Positions 46,891 through 56,500 of a stretch of DNA of 64,000 nt are shown piece after piece. The position numbers were made by a program, and so were the translations under genes. Every line of letters begins with the position of its first letter. The first letter of the stretch is position 1. The notes below the pieces were generated by a model, which was not told the origin of the DNA, made no database searches, and saw only the letters and a program-made list of their open reading frames with translations. Source of the DNA: Candidatus Babelota bacterium (GTDB lineage: Bacteria; Babelota; Babeliae; Babelales; JACPOV01); contig JAKJAQ010000002.1 of NCBI GenBank assembly GCA_022707425.1, positions 29,868 to 93,867 on the forward strand, read 5' to 3'.

Positions 46891-47700
46891 TCAAAATCTG
46901 CGCGAAACACCGATTTCGGTTTTTTCTCGCGAACAATTCACTTCTACATTCCACAATCGTTCTTCACTCATAGCTATTGCTTTGTGTATTGCTATGCCGT
47001 AAATTGCACCAAGCGCAGCACCTGCAAACACTTGCGAAATATAGTGCCGATTTGCATTCACGCTGACGGCGAAAACTAAACCAGTAAACAGACCAAGCGG
47101 AATCCATGCACGCTTGCCAAACTCCAATCCGTACGTGGTTGCCAAACACGAAACTTCAAACATATGCCCCGAAGGAAATCCGCCATGAGCACGTTTGTGT
47201 TTACTAAAATGTTCATTCCACGGCCGCAAATTGACATTGGTTTTTGCACATTTAATGAGATCTTTTGCGTATAAACCAGAAACGACCCCCATAGTAAACA
47301 TGCGGCTTACGGTTCGCACATGATAGTTGGGTGACCATATGCAAAAGCTGCCACAAAACAACACTGCTGCAAATGAACCTTTTTCGATCGCATTCACAAA
47401 ACCTGAAGGAATTTGACGACGATTTTTATGATTTTCACGATCATAAAAATGTGCATGCAACTCTTCATCGATCATTCTTGAGCTTAGATAAAACGGCAGT
47501 GCTGCAGTGATAACTTTTATTGAATCCACAGAAAAAAGATTCCATTGAATGTATACAAATTCTTTGCACCAATTACTAAAATAGTACATCGATTTATACG
47601 AAAGAGAATCTCGTTCATATCCAGTTGATAGTTTTGTATAATTCACTGCAGCGGTTTGATTATTGAAAATCAAACACACCAAAAATAAGATCGCACGCAT
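46891..47700 (-). CDS. PAP2-superfamily-like protein (atypical third motif), paralog 2
   Basis: NLRPW, GFPSGH and ANRHYISQVFAG parallel 44487..45320. The ATG at 47700 is preferred over the upstream TTG. The protein ends in F. Confidence 0.55.
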   Translation of the reverse strand: MRAILFLVCLIFNNQTAAVNYTKLSTGYERDSLSYKSMYYFSNWCKEFVYIQWNLFSVDSIKVITAALPFYLSSRMIDEELHAHFYDRENHKNRRQIPSGFVNAIEKGSFAAVLFCGSFCIWSPNYHVRTVSRMFTMGVVSGLYAKDLIKCAKTNVNLRPWNEHFSKHKRAHGGFPSGHMFEVSCLATTYGLEFGKRAWIPLGLFTGLVFAVSVNANRHYISQVFAGAALGAIYGIAIHKAIAMSEERLWNVEVNCSREKTEIGVSRRF

Positions 47701-47798
47701 CTTATCCGTCTCTTGTACCAATTAAAATTGCTGTGGCATACTGCAATCTTAGTATATTTGATACACATAAATCAATCTGATGCAAATAAGGAGTTGCA

Positions 47799-48044
47799 GT
47801 GAATTATTCGATAGTGGTTATTTTGCTTTTAGTGATGAATCCATGTATCGCAACAAAACGTTCTTCACAAGATCAGATAAAAAAATCGAGTTCTGATGAA
47901 AATTTACAAAATGCACGCATCGTTTCGGCAATACTCAATTCCCCCGACAATGCATCGCACTCAGATTTAGCAACATTATGTGCTGCGTGGGGCAAAATAA
48001 AAACTGATTTATGGAACAAATTCAAATCACCTGAAGGAAAATAG
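47799..48044 (+). CDS. small hypothetical protein with signal-like leader
   Basis: AAGGAG lies 5 nt upstream of the GTG. Leader NYSIVVILLLVMNPCIA. Confidence 0.45.
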   Translation: MNYSIVVILLLVMNPCIATKRSSQDQIKKSSSDENLQNARIVSAILNSPDNASHSDLATLCAAWGKIKTDLWNKFKSPEGK

Positions 48045-48045
48045 A

Positions 48046-49488
48046 TTATTCAAACCCAGCTGGATGCATGGTATGCCATTCAGTTGCTTGTTCATATGCA
48101 TGCGCGGTTTGCAGTAACAATTCTTCAGCTAAATGTGGTGCAATGAACTGAAACCCAATCGGCAATTGTGATTTACTCATACCGCATGGCACTGAAATAG
48201 CAGGAATACCGGTAATATTCATTGCGCAGGTAAAATAATCTTGTAAATCCATTTGCAATTTATTGTCATCAAATGCGCCAAATTTAAATGCGGGCGCAGG
48301 ATGCGTTGGTGCTATTAGCAGATCCACTTCTTTAAATGCTTGTGTGAATGCACTGCGCATAATTGATTGCACTTTTTTTGCATTCACATAAAAATCACCT
48401 GCATGGCCAATTGAAAGCACATAATTACCAATCATAATGCGTGCTTTAACTTCTTGACCAAACCCATCTTCGCGCGTTTGTGCATACATTTGTGCAAGGG
48501 TTGGTTGTTTGACACGCAACCCGTATTTTACGCCATCAAAACGTGACAAGTTTGAAGCAGCTTCTGCGCGGCTTAAAATAAAATAGACCGCTGCACTGTA
48601 ATCTAAAATGGGAAGTTGTAAACGCTTAATACGCGCGCCTAATTTTTCAAGATCTTTAATTGCTCCATTAATTGCAGCAACAACTTCAGAATCTATTCCT
48701 TGTGCATTGAGTGCATTTTCAATCACCCCAATGGTCATTCCTGGTTTTATGGTACCGGTTAATTGTGCCGCATAATTTGGTGCTTTGTAGGGCAAGGTGG
48801 TCGAATCCCGTTCATCATTTCCTGCAATGACCGAAAGAATATGCGCTGTATCTTTTACGGTGCGCGTTGCAATACCAATTTGATCAAATGAAGAAGCGTA
48901 CGCAACCAAACCATAGCGTGAAATTAAACCATAGGTTGGTTTGAATCCAACAATGCCACAAAATGCAGCTGGTTGGCGCACCGATCCACCAGTTTCAGAA
49001 CCAAGTGCCCACGGAACTAATCCAGCAGCAACTGCAGCAATTGAACCACCACTTGAACCACCCGGAACACAATCTCTATTCCATGGATTTGTAGTTTTCT
49101 GGTAGGCCGATGTTTCGGTTGAACTGCCCATAGCAAATTCATCACAGTTTGCACGGCCAACTAACAGTGCACCATCTTTTTTTAATCGTGCAATAGCAGT
49201 TGCATCATAGGGAGCACGATAATTTTGCAATATTTTTGAACTGCATGAAGTAATACGATTTTTTTGACAAATATTATCTTTAATAATGCCAGGAATTTTT
49301 GCAAGTGCACCTGAAGATGCACTTGCATTCAAGATCGAATCGGTATCAAAAATTTCGAGTGCAGAACCAACTTTTGGATCATACTTTTTGAATCGGTCAA
49401 GGTGAAATTGGAGCAGTTCACGAGACGAAATTTCTTTTTTTTCTAAGGCTGTACGTAATTGATCAATGGTTGCAAAGGCCAAATTCAT
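48046..49488 (-). CDS. gatA: Glu/Asp-tRNA amidotransferase subunit A
   Basis: Amidase signature GGSSGGSIAAVAAG and GSETGGSVRQPAAFCG. It sits directly downstream of gatC. Confidence 0.9.
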   Translation of the reverse strand: MNLAFATIDQLRTALEKKEISSRELLQFHLDRFKKYDPKVGSALEIFDTDSILNASASSGALAKIPGIIKDNICQKNRITSCSSKILQNYRAPYDATAIARLKKDGALLVGRANCDEFAMGSSTETSAYQKTTNPWNRDCVPGGSSGGSIAAVAAGLVPWALGSETGGSVRQPAAFCGIVGFKPTYGLISRYGLVAYASSFDQIGIATRTVKDTAHILSVIAGNDERDSTTLPYKAPNYAAQLTGTIKPGMTIGVIENALNAQGIDSEVVAAINGAIKDLEKLGARIKRLQLPILDYSAAVYFILSRAEAASNLSRFDGVKYGLRVKQPTLAQMYAQTREDGFGQEVKARIMIGNYVLSIGHAGDFYVNAKKVQSIMRSAFTQAFKEVDLLIAPTHPAPAFKFGAFDDNKLQMDLQDYFTCAMNITGIPAISVPCGMSKSQLPIGFQFIAPHLAEELLLQTAHAYEQATEWHTMHPAGFE

Positions 49489-49496
49489 CAGGTTCC

Positions 49497-49781
49497 TTAT
49501 TTGGATTCAATAATTTTAGGCACAACAAAAAAATTAGCTTCACGTTCTGGTGCAAGTGCTAATAATGGCTCCGGATCGGTTTTAATGACCACATCTTCAC
49601 GCATTACATTTACTTGTTGATGTTCATCAAAAACACCATCTGCTGCCACATCCTTTACACATTGTGCATAATGCAAAATTGACTCAATGTGTTTTAATAG
49701 TGGCGCAATTTCATCTTCACGCAATTGGAGTTGCGAAATACGCGCTAATTTGATTAATTCTTCTTGCGTTATGTGTGCCAT
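49497..49781 (-). CDS. gatC: Glu/Asp-tRNA amidotransferase subunit C
   Basis: 94 aa. ELIKLARISQLQLREDEI is typical of the GatC N-terminus. It lies 8 nt upstream of gatA. Confidence 0.85.
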   Translation of the reverse strand: MAHITQEELIKLARISQLQLREDEIAPLLKHIESILHYAQCVKDVAADGVFDEHQQVNVMREDVVIKTDPEPLLALAPEREANFFVVPKIIESK

Positions 49782-49855
49782 GATAATCTTTCATCGAATT
49801 TGTTGCGGTATGATCATTAGAATACCACACCTGAATAATTTTTAAACGTGCGATT

Positions 49856-51334
49856 TTAGATTGATTGTTTTTTCCACTCTTGGCCTTTTAATCGCCAAAT
49901 ATAAATAATGCTCATCACTGCATTGCCAAGATAGAAAGATCCGTAAATTAAGAAAAATTTAATCATTGGGTTTGCAAAACCAACCGAAGCAAATAAATAT
50001 GATACCGGAATAAAATAAAGTAAAAATGTTCCCAAGCGTGCCCACATTACCACCCGCACATTCGCAGCTCCGCGTAATGCACCTGATAAAATAAGTTGTA
50101 GCAAATCAAAAAATACTAAAACACTCATCATAGGAAAAAGTGCAGAAGCAAATTCGGTAAACTTCTTTTTTGGATCAAAAATTGAAATAAAAAATTCAGG
50201 TTTAAACGAAATAATAATCAAAATGGTAAACACAAAAACCGAAGACAGGAATATTACTTTTTTAATATTTGTTTTGATTCCCTGCCAGTTATGAACACTA
50301 TATTCATTACTCACCAAATAAGTAATCACTTGCGCAAATGCAGCAGCAGGCTGTATTGCCAATCGTTCAAGATCTTTAATCACGCTGTAACTTGCAATTG
50401 CATATTTTCCCATCGGATTAATCAAATAACCAAGCCAAATGTAGGCAGCTGCAAACAATGTTTTATCAATCACCACTGGCCAACTTAATTTAATAATATC
50501 GATCATGCGGTCAACACTTGAAATTTCATGCATAAGGCTAATGCTATATTTACGATTTTCGCGGTTGAACATTACATAGCCAAACGCAAGCACCAACATT
50601 AATCCATATTGAATTACCGAAGCTATTGCTGAACCTTGTAACCCAAGAGCAGGGAATCCCCACGCGCCATTAATTAATGCATAATCAAAAAAGAGAAAAA
50701 CAATGCCACCAATAACAAATATTTGCATGGGAATGCGAGGTTTTTTAATACCGCGCAAAAAACCGATAAATGCAAAAAAGATAAACATGAAAAAAACAGC
50801 GAGTGCTTTTAACTGCAAAAAGGGAATACCAAGCGAAATCATTTTTTCAGGCACACCATATAACCAATAAATCCAATAGGCACCCGAATAGAGCAGTGTT
50901 GAAATCACTCCGCCAACAATGCAAGTAACCCAAAATGCACTTGCAAGTGATCTACCCACTTCTTTATATTCGCCAAGACCATTATATTGCCCTGCAACAA
51001 TAACCGTACCAACAGAAAACCCTTCTGCCGCTTTAACAATAAAATGAATGAGTGTATTCGTTACCCCAACCGTTGCAAAAAGTGAAGTTGATTTAAGTCC
51101 AGCAATCCACCGCGCGTCAATAAGCGGAATTAATGCATACAAAAGAAGCGAGGTTATAAATTCAGGTGCAAAATAGCTCAGAATTGACCGATACGTTTCA
51201 CCATTGCGTGAATCAATAATACCCGCAACATAACTTTTAAAGAGCTTTTTCTTCGGACCAGCGCTCTCCATATTTGACGACATTCTCAACATCCCTTGTT
51301 TGATACTATCTTTCAATTGCCGTATTTCCATCAC
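49856..51334 (-). CDS. MATE family efflux transporter
   Basis: 492 aa with about 12 TM segments and MATE-like repeats. The exact start is uncertain because there are several N-terminal Met codons. Confidence 0.75.
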   Translation of the reverse strand: MMEIRQLKDSIKQGMLRMSSNMESAGPKKKLFKSYVAGIIDSRNGETYRSILSYFAPEFITSLLLYALIPLIDARWIAGLKSTSLFATVGVTNTLIHFIVKAAEGFSVGTVIVAGQYNGLGEYKEVGRSLASAFWVTCIVGGVISTLLYSGAYWIYWLYGVPEKMISLGIPFLQLKALAVFFMFIFFAFIGFLRGIKKPRIPMQIFVIGGIVFLFFDYALINGAWGFPALGLQGSAIASVIQYGLMLVLAFGYVMFNRENRKYSISLMHEISSVDRMIDIIKLSWPVVIDKTLFAAAYIWLGYLINPMGKYAIASYSVIKDLERLAIQPAAAFAQVITYLVSNEYSVHNWQGIKTNIKKVIFLSSVFVFTILIIISFKPEFFISIFDPKKKFTEFASALFPMMSVLVFFDLLQLILSGALRGAANVRVVMWARLGTFLLYFIPVSYLFASVGFANPMIKFFLIYGSFYLGNAVMSIIYIWRLKGQEWKKQSI

Positions 51335-51348
51335 CTGACCTTTTTTGT

Positions 51349-52005
51349 CTAGTATACATCGATTTTTTTAAAAAAAATAAACTGGCGTTCTCTATTACCA
51401 ACCATGTACGATACTGTTTTTTCAATTAAAGGCGCTTCCAGCTCTGAGCTGACCCATTGTTTTGAGGCCCAATATACCAGTTGAGCATTTTGATAAGGGC
51501 AACCGGGTTTAAAAATTCGTATAAGTTCAGCAGGAGCCAATGAAGCACGAGAAACAAAAATATCAACCGCAAAATCTGTTTTTCGCAAAAATGTGCGCCA
51601 ATCAAGATCGATGGTTTGAGATTCTGTCAGCCCAAGTTCCTGGAAAATCATGTTTAAAAAAGAGATTTTTTTATTATTAACTTCGATGAGAAACACTGTT
51701 AGATGAGGATATTTAATCTTGAGCGGAATACCCGGCAGCCCCGCACCGGTTCCCACATCGGCTATGGAAGAAATGGCATTAAAATCTATAAATCGATCAA
51801 GTGCCAATGAATCTTGAAAATGAAACTTGATCACTTCTTCCACTGAAGTAATGGCTGTTAAATTGAATTTTTCGTTCCATTCAAGTAACAACAAAAGATA
51901 CGTTTTGAATTGGTTTGCCTGCTTGGCAGTAAGTTTTTCACTTTGTACAAAATCATCAAAAAACGCCTGTTCTTTGGGCCCAAAATCAATGGTAGTACTG
52001 ATCAT
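51349..52005 (-). CDS. rsmG: 16S rRNA (guanine527-N7)-methyltransferase
   Basis: LLLEWNEKFNLTAI and the SAM motif DVGTGAGLPGIPLKI. Confidence 0.85.
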   Translation of the reverse strand: MISTTIDFGPKEQAFFDDFVQSEKLTAKQANQFKTYLLLLLEWNEKFNLTAITSVEEVIKFHFQDSLALDRFIDFNAISSIADVGTGAGLPGIPLKIKYPHLTVFLIEVNNKKISFLNMIFQELGLTESQTIDLDWRTFLRKTDFAVDIFVSRASLAPAELIRIFKPGCPYQNAQLVYWASKQWVSSELEAPLIEKTVSYMVGNRERQFIFFKKIDVY

Positions 52006-52081
52006 AATGTCCTTAACTATAGCTTTTTTTAGATCCCATTTGCTAATCTAGTTATTAAACCCATTCGGGGGAAGGGAAACG

Positions 52082-52807
52082 GTGAAAATGCACGGTCTAT
52101 TACCTTTAAGAATAACCTTTTTTTCATTTTTTGTGAGCCTTTGGCTTTGTACCGCTCTTGAAGCTGCTATTATTACTTTTTTTATTCGTCCTTACCCGTT
52201 CAATCAAGATCCAACAACTGCTGAGTTACAAGCAATGCTTGCAAAACCGGGTAAAGTTTCACTGAGAATGCTTCGCAGCAGAAGTGATACCAAAACAACT
52301 GAAGGCATTTTTAGCTCGTATTGGGGCTACCTTGCGGCCAGCGATTTAAATGGCCAAACCTTTTTTCCACGAAAGCAGCAAAGTGACAAAATTAATATTC
52401 TTATCACCGAACGAATAACTCCTATTTTTATGATCGGAAATACAATTCATCATTGGCAAATCGACCAAATAACCCCGGCTGAACTTTATTCATTTTCTCG
52501 TATTCAGGATGAAAAAACAAAAGAATATTCATGGATCGTTTCAAAAGAATCTCTGCCCGAAAACCGACGAATACAACTTGACACGATCATCCTTTTTGCA
52601 AAACCAAAAGATATGTATATTCCTCAAGGAACAATTCCTGCCGATGCAAATCCTAACTTGATTTTGCCGCCTATTTATGCCAAAAAAACGCTGAACAGCT
52701 TATCGCCAGCACTCTGGATTATAAAAATGAGACAATTTTTCAAGCCAATCTCAGTAGAATCAAAAAAAATAACGGAGACTTACTATTCTGAGCAAATTAT
52801 TCCCTAA
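52082..52807 (+). CDS. hypothetical protein with signal-like leader
   Basis: 241-aa ORF. Leader LRITFFSFFVSLWLCTALEA. No domain recognised. Confidence 0.5.
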   Translation: MKMHGLLPLRITFFSFFVSLWLCTALEAAIITFFIRPYPFNQDPTTAELQAMLAKPGKVSLRMLRSRSDTKTTEGIFSSYWGYLAASDLNGQTFFPRKQQSDKINILITERITPIFMIGNTIHHWQIDQITPAELYSFSRIQDEKTKEYSWIVSKESLPENRRIQLDTIILFAKPKDMYIPQGTIPADANPNLILPPIYAKKTLNSLSPALWIIKMRQFFKPISVESKKITETYYSEQIIP

Positions 52808-52843
52808 ACTCCTCAGTTATTTTTTTTTGGTTATCCGTCTCTT

Positions 52844-52872
52844 TTCCCAAAGCAGGTAAAACATGCTATACT
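52844..52872 (+). promoter_or_regulatory. candidate promoter with extended -10 (TTCCCA-17-TGcTATACT)
   Basis: -35 at 52844..52849, TG at 52864..52865, TATACT at 52867..52872. About 40 nt upstream of the 52914 ATG. Confidence 0.45.
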
Positions 52873-52913
52873 GAACGGCATAAATTGTGCCGATTGCAGA
52901 AAGAAAGGATCGT

Positions 52914-53540
52914 ATGAGACTACAGATCGCGTTTGATATGACCGATTTAGAGAAAGCATTAGCGGTAGCAACGGCGGTTGCTCCCTATGCTTCTATCTTG
53001 GAAATTGGATCGCTTTTGCTGTTAAAGCACGGAGTTAAAGCGGTAGAAAAGTTCCGTGAAACCCTCCCAGATAAAACGCTTCTTGCTGATGCAAAAATTG
53101 TTGATCGTGGTAAAAATACGGTTACAATGCTTGTACAAGCCGGTGCTGACTGGGTAACCGTGATGGCTGGAACAGGAAAAGAAGTAATTCATTCAGTGGC
53201 AACAACTGCACATGAACTACATAAATCGGTGATGCTTGATCTTTTGGATGCATGCTCTTTAGGGCAATCTGCATTAGACGCTAAAAGTTTGGGTGTAAAT
53301 GCTCTCCTTTTTCATAAGCCGTATGAACAAAAAGAAGACCCATTAGCATTTGCTGATAAATGGGAAATGGTCCGAGGAAACACCAACTTGCCAATTTTTA
53401 TCTCGGGTAAAATAACACGTGAATCGGTTGAAAAGATTCAAATACTTAACCCGGATGGCTTAGTTATTGGTAAAGCTATAATCGAAGCACCAAACCCTGC
53501 AGAGGAAGCAAAATTTTTCTTCGAATCATTTTCTAGTTAA
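52914..53540 (+). CDS. 3-hexulose-6-phosphate synthase / KGPDC family (OMP decarboxylase suprafamily)
   Basis: MRLQIAFDM...ILEIGS...PDKTLLADAKIVDRG...AGADWVTVMA parallels HPS/UlaD sequences as I recall them. AAAGGA lies upstream of the ATG at 52914. Confidence 0.7.
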   Translation: MRLQIAFDMTDLEKALAVATAVAPYASILEIGSLLLLKHGVKAVEKFRETLPDKTLLADAKIVDRGKNTVTMLVQAGADWVTVMAGTGKEVIHSVATTAHELHKSVMLDLLDACSLGQSALDAKSLGVNALLFHKPYEQKEDPLAFADKWEMVRGNTNLPIFISGKITRESVEKIQILNPDGLVIGKAIIEAPNPAEEAKFFFESFSS

Positions 53541-53549
53541 TTACAGCTT

Positions 53550-56500
53550 TTAACCAATCCACTGTTGTGCTGGTGCAATTATATTTTGCGCTTCATCAGA
53601 AATACTTTTCAATAATAGTTGGAAAGCATCAGCCGAAATTCCACCAAGATAATCTTGCATATACAGTTTACCAAACGCATCGTAACACAGTTTATTCATC
53701 CACACACCTAATGCCCGGTACGCGATTAAACGGCTTGATGCATCTCCTGCTGTTGTAATTTGTTGTTTAAAATAGTTAAATGCGTCGTTCATCGATTTTT
53801 CAAAATTATCACTCATAAACCACTTAACAACATCGTCAACTGTATCAAATGAAATACCTACTTGTTGCATATAATTAGTTACCATGGTTGTTGCTGCTTG
53901 AGAAATAGGATCTGGTAAGCTGTTATCAGAAGACGTTTGCTGAGTACTTGCTTGATCTGAACCTGCTAATTGCCCTGCTGCTAATGATCCACCCATATAA
54001 TAAATGAGCGCATCTAAGAAATTTTCTTTTAAATCTTTTGCTTTTTGTTGTTCAACCGGATCACCCATTCCAGCGCGCGCAATTAAATCGGGCAATGCAA
54101 TTGATTCTTGTTGACCATTGCTGAGTGTCAGTAAAATTGGTCCAACACGCGCCGCTCTATATTGTATAACATTATTGGTTGACCCTTGATAATAACTATT
54201 CAGCCATTTGAGCGCCGCTTGGTCAAACAATTTTTCATCCATCGGCGACAGTGATTTATAGGCACCAACTCCAAAAGAATAATAATTTGCTGCTGCAAAA
54301 TAATTTTTTAGATTGCTTAACAAATCACCTGCTTGCATAAAAAATGCTGCCGATTTTGAAATCAATGAATTATATAAAGCTGTTTTAGGGCCATAAGTTG
54401 CTGCAGCTGTTACATAATCATTTTTTACATCCATTAATATGCCGCCATAGGTACCCTGGCTGCCCCAAAAATATTCAACAGCACGGGGATCACCAACGAG
54501 AAACAATTGTGCTGCGTCGCCAAGTAATTGATATAAATCTCCACTTATAACGGTTGTCAATGCATTAACCTTTTGCGTATCATTCAACTGTGAATAGAAA
54601 TTGGATGCTAAACTATAATAAATCATAATCACGTTCTGAATATAATTTTGTATTAAATTATAGGTATTCATAAATGATGATAATTGAACCGAAAAATCTG
54701 TTTTATCAATTTTTTGTAATTTTTGAATATCATCACGCGCAGTTTTGAGTGCGTTCGTTTCATCAGCACTCATAAGTCGATCAATTTGTGTAATATCACC
54801 ACCGTTGAGTAAAAAATCGATTCGTTTTTTGTAACGAGCTGCAGCACTTATATGAGATTGTGCGGTTAAATTAATAATTTGATTGTAACGATCCGGGTCA
54901 TTTCCCGATACGTAGGTATATGCTGCTGTAGGAATTGTTGTAACTGATGGATCTGACAATTTTTGTGCCCATCCATAATAAAATTGAGTTGTAGGATATG
55001 CTAAATAAGGAAGTTGTGTCATTGCCATGCCTGGAATTGGAACATCAGGAATAGGTTTATACAATTCATACAAATTAAAAACAGCTTGACCATAATTATT
55101 AATGCGCTGTTGCAAACGGAGCGACGATTGTTGGCTTGTAATGCGTGCTTTTAAATCTTGCATGTATAAATAGGCGCGCACTAATATATTTTGTACCGTG
55201 TTTGTTTGATCAGGGGTTAAGCTAAATGTGTCGCGCACTTGAACACCATTAAACACAGCGCTGTAATCAATTCCTTGATCTTTCAACGCATTGTTAACAT
55301 AGAGCAAGAATGCATAGGTAGCTAATAGGTCGTTCAATTTATCAGGCGCCATTTGCGCGATATCATCCGCCGTAAATGTGAGCGGAACATAGCTGGGAAT
55401 TTCTTGTACATAGCTATACAATTCATACCGCTCAGGTACCGCAATCCCAGCGACCGTAATGGTAGCGATATTATGAGAATCTTTTGCGCTTGGTATTATC
55501 AAATTAACATATGCGTCTACTAAACTTCGTGTGTATGCTAGTTGCAATTGTGCATTTACCTGTGCTGAAATATCGGCTGCTCCAATTTTGTCATAATATT
55601 GTTTTGCTAATTTGTATGAGCTCGTGGCGTTCGCATAATCTTTTTTTGCAAAATAAAAATCACCAAGACTTTTGTAGGTGCGTGCAAAGATAGTATCAGG
55701 ATCGGTCGTTGCAAATGTTATGAGGGGTGTTTGATTTTTTTGTCCTATGCTTATGGTTACCACCGTCGATTGTGGATCAGTTTTCTTTTGAAAAATTGAA
55801 AATGCTGCCGGATCAATGCCTGGTGCTAATTCTGATGCAATCGATTGCGCATCAGAAATTAACTGATCAAATCGATTCATCATAGCAACAAGCATTGCTT
55901 GATTATTCGGTGCATCAGTTATTAATGATGCATTGCCCACCTTTTGTTGTAGTACTGTTAATGCATCAAAAAACAGTTTAAGATCATCCTGTATAATTTT
56001 CAACACAGCACTACTATTTGCCTGATCATTTGCAGCAACGTCAAGCACATATAATCGATAGGCTATGGTAGCTGCACCAACTGATGGGAAAAATGCATCC
56101 GGTACATTTTGTTTATATGCTGACTGATATTCCTGTACAACACGTATATAATTCTGCAATGCCTGAGCCGAACCAAGTCGATACGCAGTCAAATAAGATT
56201 GTAATACATCTTTCCAGGCATTATCTGCAATGCTGCTATAGAGCGTTGCTTTAGGATCAATCGCTACCCATAAATCATTGGTTAATCGCAATGCAGCATC
56301 TTCTTTTTCTTGTGCATCTTTTAATAATTTTTGGATCTGATCTTGTGCCGATGAAAAATCAGCAATTTGTTTTGTTAATAAATCTTGAATCGGTTTGGAC
56401 AAATAGGGCGTTCTTCCTGAAAGTGCTGCCGAATAATAAAGGGACGCTGTAACAATATCAGTACTCAATCCTGCCGCGGTTTCTATTAAAAGACGAGCAA

